A DNA stretch of 24,582 bases. Source: a virus (Duplodnaviria > Caudoviricetes). The notes beneath the pieces are model-generated. The model saw nothing but the letters and a program-made list of their open reading frames with translations, ran no database searches and had not been told where the DNA came from. This document shows, in pieces, positions 8,641-18,758 of this stretch (the first letter of the stretch is position 1; each line of letters starts with the position of its first letter). A program made the translations under genes and the position numbers. The stretch spans positions 1 to 24,582 of IMG/VR virus record IMGVR_UViG_3300017766_000724, one strand, 5' to 3'.

Positions 8641-11276
8641 TATATTTGTATATTCTTAAAGAAGGGAGACTGATTGTTATAATTGTATAACACTTCATCA
8701 TTATTTAGTGATCTAGAGTAGAATTTAAAACTACCAACGTGCCCCTTTAATCCACTTTCTATACCTGAATCTTGACCCATAAATCCTCCTAATGAGGCTG
8801 CGCCATCCGTATAGCCTCCGCCTATTATCCAAGGTGTGAAACTACTTACGGTAGGTCCATCTGCAAAAATGGCTAATCCTGTAGAGCTTAGGGTGTATTC
8901 AAAGCTATTGCTTTGTGCGAACGATGGAAGTCTTGGTGCAGTAAATGGATCTACACCGAATACTTCAGGTATACTTGATGTAGTCATTAAAATTCCATCA
9001 AGATAAATTTTAACTTGATTATCCTTTGGAGCAGTTACTACTGCAACGTGCATAAATGCTCCTGAGGCATCTCCAAACTTTTTACCACTAACAACATAGT
9101 CTAGTGGAACTGAGCATTTTAAAGTTTTATATGTGGGGGATGCACAATCAACAGTAACAGTATCCCGTATAAATGCGACATCAGATCCATTTATAGATCT
9201 GGTAGGAGCAATATAGAAATGTATACTGGACGCACTCACAGGATTTGCAGCACTATCTGAACTTGGAGTTAAATTACTTACTATCTGTCTATCTCTAGTA
9301 AATCCACACACTAAACCTCTCACAGTATCTACATCATAGTTTACTTGAGCAAAAGCAGCATTTTCGTTTTTATTATCGCCTCCTGTGTTCTCACAAGCAA
9401 ACACTACCCTGTGTAATGTAGATGTTCCCCAATATGAATTATTCTGGAAGTTGACTGTTGAGGTTAGTAAATTAGGCATATAAACCCAAAAATCTACTGT
9501 GCATCCATCTTGCTTATAAAATAAGTTTTGATATTCTTGTATCTCTGGAAGTTTAATTACAGATCCAAGACCATTAGGAATACCTGTATCATTACTAAGA
9601 GTAACCATTCCGTTTAAATATGGTATACCTAATCCGCTAACAAATACTTCTGAAGGAGCATTAGCGTATAATTGTGCTACTTTTTCTTTATTAGTTTTAG
9701 CTGCACAGTTAAGTACATTATATTCATTAGATCCGGGAGTTGTGACTTCTGAATCTAAGAAGTTGTAGATAGCAATCAATCCTTCTGTAACAACAGAGTC
9801 TGTTAAACTTAATATAGTCCCATTAGTTCCACTTCCACCATAAGTAATTGATCCTGCACCTACGGGAGGAACAACTAAGTGGTCTAGTGAAACTACCGAC
9901 TGTCCTTCTGCTGGTTTTACAAACTTAGGTTGTAAGGGAAGTACAACTCCTGATACTTCTGCTTGTCTGAATATAAGCTTTCTCTGATTTTCATAAGCAA
10001 CAGACAAGTTTAAATTAGATAAGTAAGAGAAGTCATTAATTGGTATTTCACCAAAATCAAAATTTCTAGAAGATCCAGTAATTAATGGAGCTTTTACAGC
10101 TACTTCAATTTGCTTTTTACGCTTATTTATTTTCTTATTATGTTGGGCAGCTACGGATTGTAATTGCTGCTTGGTATTTATTACCATAGCAGAATCTTCT
10201 GAATATCCTTGAGCTATTAAGTCATTTACTTTTTTAGAAATTGTATCTAAATGTCTAAACTTTTGACCTATCAGTACCTGCAAGAAGTGATCAGCATCGT
10301 AGTGTCTCTTTAAATCTAAACTATCATCTACTACATCTGCATCAAAGATAGTGTCCACATATCTATTAAGATCCTCTAAGGAGATCATCTCTCCCTTACC
10401 CCCTAGGTTAGCATCATAACGGAATTTGTATTTTTCTGGTATAGATACAGATCCCGATACTTCTGGAATACCTCCAGTTTGAGAATCATAGTACAATCCA
10501 TCCACGGAAAACAAGAACTGACCTGACTTGGATCTTGGAGGACCAAAAACTAATCTGAATACTGGTTCTAGCTCTGTTGGAGTTGTTGTAACCCCGGAAG
10601 TTCCATCCAAAACATCTTGAATGAAATTAGGCTCTAGCGCAGGATTTCTAAATCTATCTGCCATCACACTTCCAATGTCAGCTAATAATTTATTAGCTTG
10701 ATCCACGAAGTTCTGGGCATCCTGCATTTTTTGTAATTCTAATGCATAAGCATCAAATACTTCTTCTGGTGTTTTACCTCCAGATAATGAAGATGATCCT
10801 TTTTTACTATTGTAAATTGCTGCAAAGTTTTTAAGGCACGCACTAGCTGAGTAAGCTCTATCATATTGAGTTAATAAGTCTGTTACTCCTGCTCCTATAT
10901 CTGTAGACCAATTTAATATTTTACCCATCAACCCAGTAGACTTTGAGCTATTGGAATCTAATTTATTATTGGATGAGTCAGATACTAATGTAAAGCTACC
11001 GTTATTAGTATCTGTTTCTAACAGACCTGTTTCCATTAAAATTTTCTTTTGAACTCCAGCTATGGAGTCTTCTGCCATGTCCTTTGCTTCGGAAACAGAT
11101 TCAGATAATGGTCCTAAAAATTCGGAGGGCAAAAGTTTTAGTATGTCTTTAGTAAGATTAAGAACACAATCAGGAACTCCAAAAGCCATACCAAAGGTAT
11201 CTAAAGGATTCGATCCCCCAGATCTACCTAAAGCGACACTATATTTTCTTATTACTTCAGGATCAAATGCAGCCAT
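8640..11276 (-). CDS. virion structural protein with a helical N-terminal half and a C-terminal LamG/concanavalin A-like domain (878 aa)
   Basis: C-terminal motifs GLIAIYNF, TVDFWVY, HVAVV...VKIYLDG, WIIGG and LKGHVGSFKFYSRSLNNDEVLYNY. It lies between the spike and gp25 genes. Confidence 0.7.
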   Translation of the reverse strand: MAAFDPEVIRKYSVALGRSGGSNPLDTFGMAFGVPDCVLNLTKDILKLLPSEFLGPLSESVSEAKDMAEDSIAGVQKKILMETGLLETDTNNGSFTLVSDSSNNKLDSNSSKSTGLMGKILNWSTDIGAGVTDLLTQYDRAYSASACLKNFAAIYNSKKGSSSLSGGKTPEEVFDAYALELQKMQDAQNFVDQANKLLADIGSVMADRFRNPALEPNFIQDVLDGTSGVTTTPTELEPVFRLVFGPPRSKSGQFLFSVDGLYYDSQTGGIPEVSGSVSIPEKYKFRYDANLGGKGEMISLEDLNRYVDTIFDADVVDDSLDLKRHYDADHFLQVLIGQKFRHLDTISKKVNDLIAQGYSEDSAMVINTKQQLQSVAAQHNKKINKRKKQIEVAVKAPLITGSSRNFDFGEIPINDFSYLSNLNLSVAYENQRKLIFRQAEVSGVVLPLQPKFVKPAEGQSVVSLDHLVVPPVGAGSITYGGSGTNGTILSLTDSVVTEGLIAIYNFLDSEVTTPGSNEYNVLNCAAKTNKEKVAQLYANAPSEVFVSGLGIPYLNGMVTLSNDTGIPNGLGSVIKLPEIQEYQNLFYKQDGCTVDFWVYMPNLLTSTVNFQNNSYWGTSTLHRVVFACENTGGDNKNENAAFAQVNYDVDTVRGLVCGFTRDRQIVSNLTPSSDSAANPVSASSIHFYIAPTRSINGSDVAFIRDTVTVDCASPTYKTLKCSVPLDYVVSGKKFGDASGAFMHVAVVTAPKDNQVKIYLDGILMTTSSIPEVFGVDPFTAPRLPSFAQSNSFEYTLSSTGLAIFADGPTVSSFTPWIIGGGYTDGAASLGGFMGQDSGIESGLKGHVGSFKFYSRSLNNDEVLYNYNNQSPFFKNIQI

Positions 11277-11278
11277 AA

Positions 11279-12178
11279 TTAATTTAGATAAATTTTAGAA
11301 CCTTGAATTCTTACTTCCCCTCCAGAAGTAATATTTACTCCCTTATCACCATCTATATCTATGGTTCCAGCAGATTTTAACACAATATGACTATTAGATC
11401 CCTTAGCTTCAATGAAAATTGTTGCCTGATCATTTTGTTCTCCAACAGTTAAATTTATATCTGCATACTTAGATTTAATATTTATATTTCCCGGAGTAGT
11501 ATCTGATGAATTTGCTCTTTTAGTTCCAGTAGAGTTATTTTCTATATTTATCTCTTTACCATCCTGTAAAGTTAAATTTAAATGGTCCCCAGATCTAGAA
11601 ATAATGTCTATAGATCCTCTACATTCCATTTGTATAGATCTTGGACCTATCGAAGACCCCGGAGGAGGTTTAGAAGATATAATGACTCTATCAGCGTGCT
11701 CATTCTCAACAATTAAACTATCTACCTTTGGGCTATCTACCAGTCTAACTCCCTTTCCAACTCCTGATTTCATTTCTAACTTAGTATTAAAAAACTTTTC
11801 GTTATACTCTGAAGATAATACTATCTTGTTACCTTTTAAATCCCCAATATAGCTTTGCATAGGGGTTCCTCTGGCTCTATAGATGCTTGGATCTATAAGC
11901 TCTCTTGTAGAGGCTATCGGACCACTAGCAACAGCAGCAGACTTAGGTGGCGCAGTTGTGGTAGTCAAATAATGCCATTCATTATCATTGTCTGGTAGAC
12001 AAATTAAAATTCTTGAGTTTACTGGAGGTATGGCTACAAATGAACCAAGTTTGCTAAGATAGGGTGATGTATAATAAACATGGTATCCTGTGGTGTCTGA
12101 GTTATCATCTCTACACCATAAGTAACCTGATTTAGTAACGTCTGAGTTACTTTGTACTACTGCTATCTTTATATCCAT
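11279..12178 (-). CDS. baseplate central spike (gp5/gpV-like; OB-fold plus beta-helix, 299 aa)
   Basis: N-terminal VYYTSPY...FVAIPPVNSRILI (OB-fold pattern) and C-terminal short alternating repeats ending IDIDGDKGVNITSGGEVRIQGSKIYLN. It follows the hub gene. Confidence 0.78.
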   Translation of the reverse strand: MDIKIAVVQSNSDVTKSGYLWCRDDNSDTTGYHVYYTSPYLSKLGSFVAIPPVNSRILICLPDNDNEWHYLTTTTAPPKSAAVASGPIASTRELIDPSIYRARGTPMQSYIGDLKGNKIVLSSEYNEKFFNTKLEMKSGVGKGVRLVDSPKVDSLIVENEHADRVIISSKPPPGSSIGPRSIQMECRGSIDIISRSGDHLNLTLQDGKEINIENNSTGTKRANSSDTTPGNINIKSKYADINLTVGEQNDQATIFIEAKGSNSHIVLKSAGTIDIDGDKGVNITSGGEVRIQGSKIYLN

Positions 12179-15069
12179 TATTGCGCTCCTAGTTCCTTAA
12201 CATCTTCCTCAGGCTTTTTGCCAATCGTATAAGCAGCAGGTCTTGAATCTCCTGTTCTAGATAGTGAGAATGTGGATGATATATCGTTTTCTGATATAAC
12301 GTGTCTAAATCCTACAATTGTCCACATTCCACTAAACAGCTTAGAATGCACTTTACTTGCATTTGCTTTATATGTCTGATCATAAATGTTGCTTTCATTA
12401 ATGATCATGTATACAGGATAATTCATAACGTGAGCCATCTTGTTTAGTTTAAAGAAAGGCACAGTTTTTACACTAGCGATAAAGGGTGCCTTATTTAAAT
12501 TATCATACAAATCTAATTGTCTTTTTAACACGCTAGATTTAATTAATTCATTAATTTTAAAAGATGGACCTATGGGTTTATCTCCTACTGAGTTAACCAA
12601 CATTTGAAATAGTAAACTCTCGGATACTTCAGCTTCAAAACCTTCAGGTATCTGACCAAACTCTCCCTGAAGATCTGTAGCGTCTTTAGCTATTTGATGT
12701 GGGCTATATCTATTAGCCTCTCCAATATATTTTCTTAACCTTTTTTCTATATTCTCTACATTATACTGCTCTCCCGTCATCTGCCTCTGAATACCTTGTA
12801 CTACATCTCCAGAATTTAATGAATACGGAGAATCTTGATCTAATAATGTTGGAGTAATCTTAGATTGTAAGAAAGCATAGTAGGTAGAGTCTAAGTTCAT
12901 ATCTAATGACAGAACATTTGAGTTTTGCACTCCCTGTTTTAATACTGGTATTCTTAAATTAGCTTTAGGATTCTTTACTTGCTGTCCATTAGAGTCAAAG
13001 TATGCATACTCATCAGGTAAACTATAAATTAGATTGTCAAATAGTTCATCTTCAGATTTAACATCTAAAATAATGTCTCTCATTTTCTTTCGATAATCTG
13101 GAGTAGTCAGCCATAGAGTGCTTTTATTAAACATCTTACCTAATTCTTTATCTATGACTGATTCATCGTAAGAATCATTACCAGTATATTGAATTGCGTA
13201 AAGCCAGTTATTTAAAAATCTGGATTCACCGTAAATCACTACTGAACAAGTGGGGTCAAAAGCAAAGTTAGGATCTCTTGTATTTCTTATAGTAGTCTCA
13301 ATTAAGCTTAAAACTCTTAAATCTGATTCATAAAATAAATCAAAATTAATCATTGCTTCATCAGAATTTTCTTTTAATCCAGCTTCTATTTTTGTTAATC
13401 CATCGCTAAAGGTTTCAGTCTCATTTAACACAAATGTTGCATAGGAATTCTTAACTATTCTTCCCATTTCTGGATTTAAAAAATTAATATACATTGAGTC
13501 ATCTATTGTTATTGTAGATAATAAATGGGACTGTACAGAGTTAGTTAATTCATTAGTAAAGTCTGCACCTGTTGACTTGAACGTAGTTTCAGCTATTGAA
13601 TCAGTATCTACGTCATTTGGAATAGCTCCAAACTTCTTTGCAATATTTAAAGCTCCTTTAGTCGCATCTTTGAAAAGAGTTCCAGAAGCTTCTGGTCCTA
13701 CAAAAGGAATTTTTGATGCAAGAGCTTGAATGATATCTCCTGTAGCTTGTTGAGCATTAACGAATCCTATTCCTGCCCAAGCTTCAAAACTTCCAGTCTG
13801 TTCTTTGGGTCCAAATTTAAATTCTTTTACATTATTTATAAAAGCTGTATCTAAGTATCCTTGAACATCCGCTTGATTAAGTTGGTCAATGGAATCAATA
13901 TAACTAACCTTTAGTCCCATTTGTCCTAAGGTCATGACTCGTTCTTGAAATGGAACTATAACATGGGGTTTAGTATTTAATATAGTTGATGTGTTTAAGT
14001 CAATCTGTTCTTTTTTTGCCGTATCTAAGTCTGGTAATAACACTAATACGTTTGACTTAGGAACCTGCAATCCTTTAGCAAGATAATCTGTTATTACTCC
14101 TGTTACAGAATCGTGTAAGGTTCCATTTAATGATTGTGCTGCTGTAATTGATCTTCCCATGCCCTTAATCATTATTTTTTCTTGGGCAGCAGTCATGGAT
14201 CCTGTATCTAATGCACTGTATTTTACTCGAAGTGTTCTAACACCACCTTCGCCACTGTAAAGATACTGAACTCCAATTAAAGTTCCATAAACGGGTCCAG
14301 CCCAAGAATCAGGATTATCCCCTACTCCGTAATAGAAATAAACTTCAGGAGTTACATCTTTTTTAAGATCTTCAATTTGTCTTCTAATCTTATCTCTATA
14401 TCCTTCAGCGGACTTTGCAATTTCTTGAATATATCTTTCTCTTAGTGTGTCTCTTATGGTTGATCTATTTTCTATTTCTTTGTTTCTTTTTTCTACAGAT
14501 TCAGCTTCAGCTTCTAATGCTCCGCTCCAGAATCTTAATAAATCTGTGCCTCTTGCTAATCTTCCTGATCCCAATGAATCCAAGGCATATTGTTGCCTTA
14601 ATTTCTGATTCTTCTCAAAAGCTGTAGTTCCTACTTTATCTTGTAGCTTTTTTAATTCTTTATCTGCTAATTTAAGACTTCCAGATACTTTTCTAAATTC
14701 ATCCGATAAGTTGTAATCAGTTTTATCCAATGATTCTGTTAATCTAAAATACTCCTGAGCAATTTTTTTGTTTGAACCTAATAATGTCTTTAATGATAAA
14801 GACATTAAGTTTGTCTCAAATGTAGATAAAGGGTCTACAATCTCAATAGTTATACTAACTTCCTTACCGGGAGTTCCCCCTTGATAGCCTAAACATTCAT
14901 GAGTAAAAGATAAGAAGGTGTCAGCTTTATTATCAAATACTACCCAATCCTTTTCTCTAGCAAGATCAATTACTTCACTAGTTCTTTTTCTAGATGCTAC
15001 CTTAGCAAGTTCAGGTGTTTTTAATAAACAAATTATGTTAGCTGTGGGAACTGATTTTGTCGTATCCAT
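12178..15069 (-). CDS. putative baseplate hub protein (gp27/gpD position) with large insertions (963 aa)
   Basis: C-terminal LFSGMWTIVGFRHVISENDISSTFSLSR resembles the terminal strand motif of hub proteins. It lies between the gp53-like and spike genes. Confidence 0.62.
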   Translation of the reverse strand: MDTTKSVPTANIICLLKTPELAKVASRKRTSEVIDLAREKDWVVFDNKADTFLSFTHECLGYQGGTPGKEVSITIEIVDPLSTFETNLMSLSLKTLLGSNKKIAQEYFRLTESLDKTDYNLSDEFRKVSGSLKLADKELKKLQDKVGTTAFEKNQKLRQQYALDSLGSGRLARGTDLLRFWSGALEAEAESVEKRNKEIENRSTIRDTLRERYIQEIAKSAEGYRDKIRRQIEDLKKDVTPEVYFYYGVGDNPDSWAGPVYGTLIGVQYLYSGEGGVRTLRVKYSALDTGSMTAAQEKIMIKGMGRSITAAQSLNGTLHDSVTGVITDYLAKGLQVPKSNVLVLLPDLDTAKKEQIDLNTSTILNTKPHVIVPFQERVMTLGQMGLKVSYIDSIDQLNQADVQGYLDTAFINNVKEFKFGPKEQTGSFEAWAGIGFVNAQQATGDIIQALASKIPFVGPEASGTLFKDATKGALNIAKKFGAIPNDVDTDSIAETTFKSTGADFTNELTNSVQSHLLSTITIDDSMYINFLNPEMGRIVKNSYATFVLNETETFSDGLTKIEAGLKENSDEAMINFDLFYESDLRVLSLIETTIRNTRDPNFAFDPTCSVVIYGESRFLNNWLYAIQYTGNDSYDESVIDKELGKMFNKSTLWLTTPDYRKKMRDIILDVKSEDELFDNLIYSLPDEYAYFDSNGQQVKNPKANLRIPVLKQGVQNSNVLSLDMNLDSTYYAFLQSKITPTLLDQDSPYSLNSGDVVQGIQRQMTGEQYNVENIEKRLRKYIGEANRYSPHQIAKDATDLQGEFGQIPEGFEAEVSESLLFQMLVNSVGDKPIGPSFKINELIKSSVLKRQLDLYDNLNKAPFIASVKTVPFFKLNKMAHVMNYPVYMIINESNIYDQTYKANASKVHSKLFSGMWTIVGFRHVISENDISSTFSLSRTGDSRPAAYTIGKKPEEDVKELGAQ

Positions 15070-15070
15070 A

Positions 15071-15364
15071 CTAAATCTTTGGTATCTTTATCTGATCTCC
15101 TACATTCAATCCCTCAAATGGATCTGATATGTTGTTAACAACCATAATTAACCACCAGTAAGCCACAGAGCCATAAAATACTTGTGAGATTATATCTGGT
15201 CTATGTTGCGCTCCAGCAGGAATATACCCAATATCATACTCAAACTTATCTTCAATTTTTTCTATAAATTTATCATAAGTTAAAGATCCTGTTGTTGTAA
15301 ACATTGTCTTATTCTTATGCAATACTTGTACATTTCCTAATGTTAATCTATCTTTAGAAATCAT
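15071..15364 (-). CDS. baseplate wedge protein gp53 / LysM-like (P2 gpX equivalent, 97 aa)
   Basis: HRPDIISQVFYGSVAYWWLIMVVNNISDPFEGLNVGDQIKIP. Confidence 0.88.
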   Translation of the reverse strand: MISKDRLTLGNVQVLHKNKTMFTTTGSLTYDKFIEKIEDKFEYDIGYIPAGAQHRPDIISQVFYGSVAYWWLIMVVNNISDPFEGLNVGDQIKIPKI

Positions 15365-15367
15365 TGG

Positions 15368-16210
15368 TTATGCCTTTATAGGTAGTGGATCCATAGTAAG
15401 CGAATGATTAGTATCAGGTGTAATAACTGCTTCCCAACCAACAATATTATCTCTCTCAATAGGAACTCCTGCCTTGTAGTTGGTGAAGTTTCCATGTCTT
15501 AGCTCAACCAGATCTAGATCTACGTTTATAACGCGAGGCAAGAGGGTTGCTGGGTCATACCCCGCTGATTCTTCGGGTTGCATACTGTAAGACATACATA
15601 AACAAGGAACTTCTTGGAATAAAATTCCATGAGTAACTCTGACTACTGGTGGTCCCTGATATACCTTTACTGAGTTATTTACTACACAGGATCTAATTAA
15701 GTTAACCCAGTAAGCTATAACGTCTATTATCTTTTTGTTTTGTGCATTTAGCTTTCCTGCTTCAAGATTTTCAATTAACTCAAAACTAGTTACGTTATCT
15801 ATAGTAGATAAATACTCTTGTTCAAATTTAGCAGCATCGTTTTTTTCTATTCTATATCTTGAAGGCTCAGAAGAAGATCCTACTTTAAAATCTTTTGGAG
15901 TTAGTTTACCATTATTAGCTGAGTCTCTAGGGAAAGTTATAAGAACTAAATCTCTAGAAACTATTTCTTGAATTAATGGTAGAGTAATCTTAAATGCTAT
16001 TTTAATTTGTCTAGATTCTGATCCAACATAGGAAAACATAGTACTAGATCTTCCAAGAGGCTGATACCTTACATAATTAGCTCTCTTATTTTCAGATATT
16101 TCTATGTTTTCGAAGAAAGGTAATACTCTTATTTCTCCACCGGGAAACTCAAAAGTAATTTTACTTCTCTCTTCAAGTTTTTGATTTATTCTTCGTCCTT
16201 TTACTGTCAT
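15368..16210 (-). CDS. tail tube initiator / contractile-tail tube-fold baseplate protein (280 aa)
   Basis: Motifs ISENKRANY...LGRSS..FSYVGSESRQIKIAF, GPPVVRVTHG...VPCLC.SYS and LPRVINVDLDLVE. It lies between the tape measure and gp53 genes. Confidence 0.72.
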   Translation of the reverse strand: MTVKGRRINQKLEERSKITFEFPGGEIRVLPFFENIEISENKRANYVRYQPLGRSSTMFSYVGSESRQIKIAFKITLPLIQEIVSRDLVLITFPRDSANNGKLTPKDFKVGSSSEPSRYRIEKNDAAKFEQEYLSTIDNVTSFELIENLEAGKLNAQNKKIIDVIAYWVNLIRSCVVNNSVKVYQGPPVVRVTHGILFQEVPCLCMSYSMQPEESAGYDPATLLPRVINVDLDLVELRHGNFTNYKAGVPIERDNIVGWEAVITPDTNHSLTMDPLPIKA

Positions 16211-16222
16211 ATATTATCCCTT

Positions 16223-18244
16223 TTACTCAGATCTTCTAATACCAGTTGCGACACTTGGTTTTTGTGGTTGAGGAGCAGTATTCTTGGAAGTCTTAGTAGA
16301 AGACTCTGCTATTTGTTTTAAATGCTCATTCATTTCTTGCTGTTCCGCCCATGCGCGACCTTTAAACATTTCTTCTTCTTCGCTTACAGATGTACCTCTT
16401 CTACTTTTGGAAAAGTCAACAATACCTTTAGATTTAGCTCTTAGATAAAGGTCTTCATTTTCTGCATCTGTTCTGTTTGAAGTACTAGTGTAAGTAACTA
16501 GTTCTGCATTACCTGAATTTTTGACTTTAATATCAGATAAGTTTCCTACAGGTGCAACATTCTTAGTAGAGACTCCAAGATCTTTAGCATTACCAACGCT
16601 TTCTAATGGAGAGTTTTCGTTCTTAAATCTCATCTGCTCTCTTACTTGCTGTAGTTGGTTTCTTCTTCCATCGTAATTTAAATTCTTTTCAATCTGTCTA
16701 GCTCTATTTGCATTAGCAGCATCCTTATTCTGACTCATACTGCTTTCTATATCTTTTAATCTCTGCTCTTCCTTTTTATTAGATTCATCCCACATATCGT
16801 AAAGTTTGGAAGCAAGTACTGTTCCTAATAACAGAACTCCTCCACCCTTTATTAATCCACTACCCCTAAATCCACCAGTCTTACCCGCTGAATCTGCTAC
16901 ATCTTTAATTGACTCAGCAGCTTCAGCAGCCGACTTTCCTACTTCTGCTGTCTTAGCAGCACTTTCTACTTTTCTTAATGTAGTTAAATCTGTAAGTATA
17001 TTTTTGTATTTTTCAAACCCACCTTTTATTAAGTCTTTAGCTTGACCAGCAGCCATTATGGCATTTAATGCTGTGATTGCAGCACCTATTCCTATAAGTA
17101 TATTTGTGTTATGGCTTAGTATCTCAGCTACACTTCCACCCCCAGAATACATAGCTCCCTGAATTCGACTCATCGATTCATTCATTTGAGCTTGGAATTG
17201 ATCATTTGCCTTTCTTCTGTCAGATTCATCCCTTGCTTGACGCTTGTTCATGTCATTAAGAGCGTTTCCAACAAGACCAATCTCACCAAACATATCTTCA
17301 CTTATACCTAGAGCATTTTGTGTTAGGTTAGCTCCAGTTGTAAGACGATTAGTTAAGGATTTAGTTTGATCTCCCGATTTTCTAATTATTTCTTCTAATA
17401 GTTTAGCTTGCTCATTTGCATCAGTAGACTTCATCATATCACTAACTAATGTTTGAATGCCAAGTCTAATCTGATTGTCTAAATTATCTCTACCAGCTAC
17501 CTGAGAAACAAATCGAGAGAGTAATTCTTCAGACCCTTCGCCTAGTTTACCTGCAACCTGTGCAATCGCTTCTTGGAAAGATCCTGCTGTATCAAGTAAA
17601 TTAAACTTTAATAACTCTTGGGATACACCATCTAAAGCATTTACTATTGTTTCAGCTTTTGTTCCGTAAGTATCTGCACTTTCTGCAACAGCAGTTCCTA
17701 ATGATGCTAATTCTTCATTTGTAAGACCACCCACAACAGCAGATTTTCTCATTGAAGCCATGAGCTTCTTTGAGTCCTGCCCAGTTAACATCATTGCAAC
17801 GCCTAAGTCTCTTAATGAATCTGGAAGTTCTGTTATACCTGCTTCAAGACCTTGTAAATTAGCTTCTGCCTGAGCCAAGAACCCTCCCATCCCACCTTCA
17901 AACTTCTCTCTCTTTCCTCCCTTTAATAAATCTAGTTGGGTTCTTCCAAATGCTAATGCTCTAGTTCTATCCTCTAGTGTTTTCTCTACGGAATTAGCCA
18001 TCTGCTTCAAGAACATACTTGTAGCAGGACTCATTGTAGCTAATCTATAGTTAATGCTTTGCTTTGAGAATAAGGATCCTAACTGATTCTGCTGTCTAAT
18101 TAATTGTTCCTTAGACCGCATCTCCTTAAGCTGAATCTTTAGATTTAAGTTTCTTTGAGCAATTTCTCTTTCTATTTGCTTTTGTTTTACTTGCTCAATT
18201 CTAAGTTCTTCTATTTTTATTCTGTCTTCAGGTGTTGCGGCCAT
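16223..18244 (-). CDS. putative tail tape measure protein (673 aa)
   Basis: Ala/Gly/Leu/Gln-rich and helical-looking, with two hydrophobic stretches (NILIGIGAAITALNAIMAAG; GGGVLLLGTVLASKL). It is immediately upstream of the tube initiator. Confidence 0.68.
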   Translation of the reverse strand: MAATPEDRIKIEELRIEQVKQKQIEREIAQRNLNLKIQLKEMRSKEQLIRQQNQLGSLFSKQSINYRLATMSPATSMFLKQMANSVEKTLEDRTRALAFGRTQLDLLKGGKREKFEGGMGGFLAQAEANLQGLEAGITELPDSLRDLGVAMMLTGQDSKKLMASMRKSAVVGGLTNEELASLGTAVAESADTYGTKAETIVNALDGVSQELLKFNLLDTAGSFQEAIAQVAGKLGEGSEELLSRFVSQVAGRDNLDNQIRLGIQTLVSDMMKSTDANEQAKLLEEIIRKSGDQTKSLTNRLTTGANLTQNALGISEDMFGEIGLVGNALNDMNKRQARDESDRRKANDQFQAQMNESMSRIQGAMYSGGGSVAEILSHNTNILIGIGAAITALNAIMAAGQAKDLIKGGFEKYKNILTDLTTLRKVESAAKTAEVGKSAAEAAESIKDVADSAGKTGGFRGSGLIKGGGVLLLGTVLASKLYDMWDESNKKEEQRLKDIESSMSQNKDAANANRARQIEKNLNYDGRRNQLQQVREQMRFKNENSPLESVGNAKDLGVSTKNVAPVGNLSDIKVKNSGNAELVTYTSTSNRTDAENEDLYLRAKSKGIVDFSKSRRGTSVSEEEEMFKGRAWAEQQEMNEHLKQIAESSTKTSKNTAPQPQKPSVATGIRRSE

Positions 18245-18738
18245 TAGTCGTTTTCCTCCTCATTTTGTCTCATATACTCTTCCGAATAATCTATTAACTC
18301 ATCTTCATCATCTTCAGGTAGTTTTTTAACTTCTAAATAGATCTTATAAAGATATCTAATCTTATCTAGCCTATAAGTTCTATAATTTAAAGTTCCCAAT
18401 AACGCAACTATACCTTCTTGTACTAGTTGTCTTTGAGCTAATTTAGGCTTATTGTATAGTTTCTTTAAAATAAAGCTAATAACAAAAGGTGGAGCGTCTG
18501 CTAACCTAAAGCAGGATAAAAGTCTGTTTCCCCTCTCAGATGTGTATCCTATCTTACCTAAGTCATTCTTAACCACTAGGCACATTTTATAATCTGATAA
18601 CCCATCTAGGAAGTATCTAAAAGATATGACGTTTCCCGGACGCAAGAATACATACGAAGGTGCAACCTGAGTTATTTTTACCTTAGATTGGTTTAACTCA
18701 GACAATAATCCCTGTATTTCTCCACTTAATTTTGCCAT
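18244..18738 (-). CDS. hypothetical protein, possibly T4 gp2 (DNA end protector)-like (164 aa)
   Basis: PGNVISFRY...LVV...L.G..NYRTY pattern loosely resembles gp2-like proteins. It has an acidic tail and an AGAGG Shine-Dalgarno just upstream. The gene is clear; the function is tentative. Confidence 0.4.
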   Translation of the reverse strand: MAKLSGEIQGLLSELNQSKVKITQVAPSYVFLRPGNVISFRYFLDGLSDYKMCLVVKNDLGKIGYTSERGNRLLSCFRLADAPPFVISFILKKLYNKPKLAQRQLVQEGIVALLGTLNYRTYRLDKIRYLYKIYLEVKKLPEDDEDELIDYSEEYMRQNEEEND

Positions 18739-18758
18739 AAATCCTCTATTATATTTAG
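18739..18758. promoter_or_regulatory. 20-bp divergent promoter region
   Basis: The minus strand reads CTAAATATAATAGAGGATTT-ATG (TATAAT at 18753-18748, AGAGG SD). The plus strand has TATTAT at 18747-18752, 6 nt before ATG 18759. Confidence 0.5.

Noticed and set aside
11062-17045. Short plus-strand ORFs at 11062, 11604, 14415, 14918, 15735 and 16806
   Set aside because: All lie antisense within well-supported structural genes and show no motifs.
2818-18244. Interpretation as a bacterial extracellular contractile injection system or tailocin
   Set aside because: The interleaved primase, UvsW-like helicase, exonuclease and gp2-like gene, with no host housekeeping genes, fit a phage genome better. 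Capsid genes are not in the window, so this is not proven.
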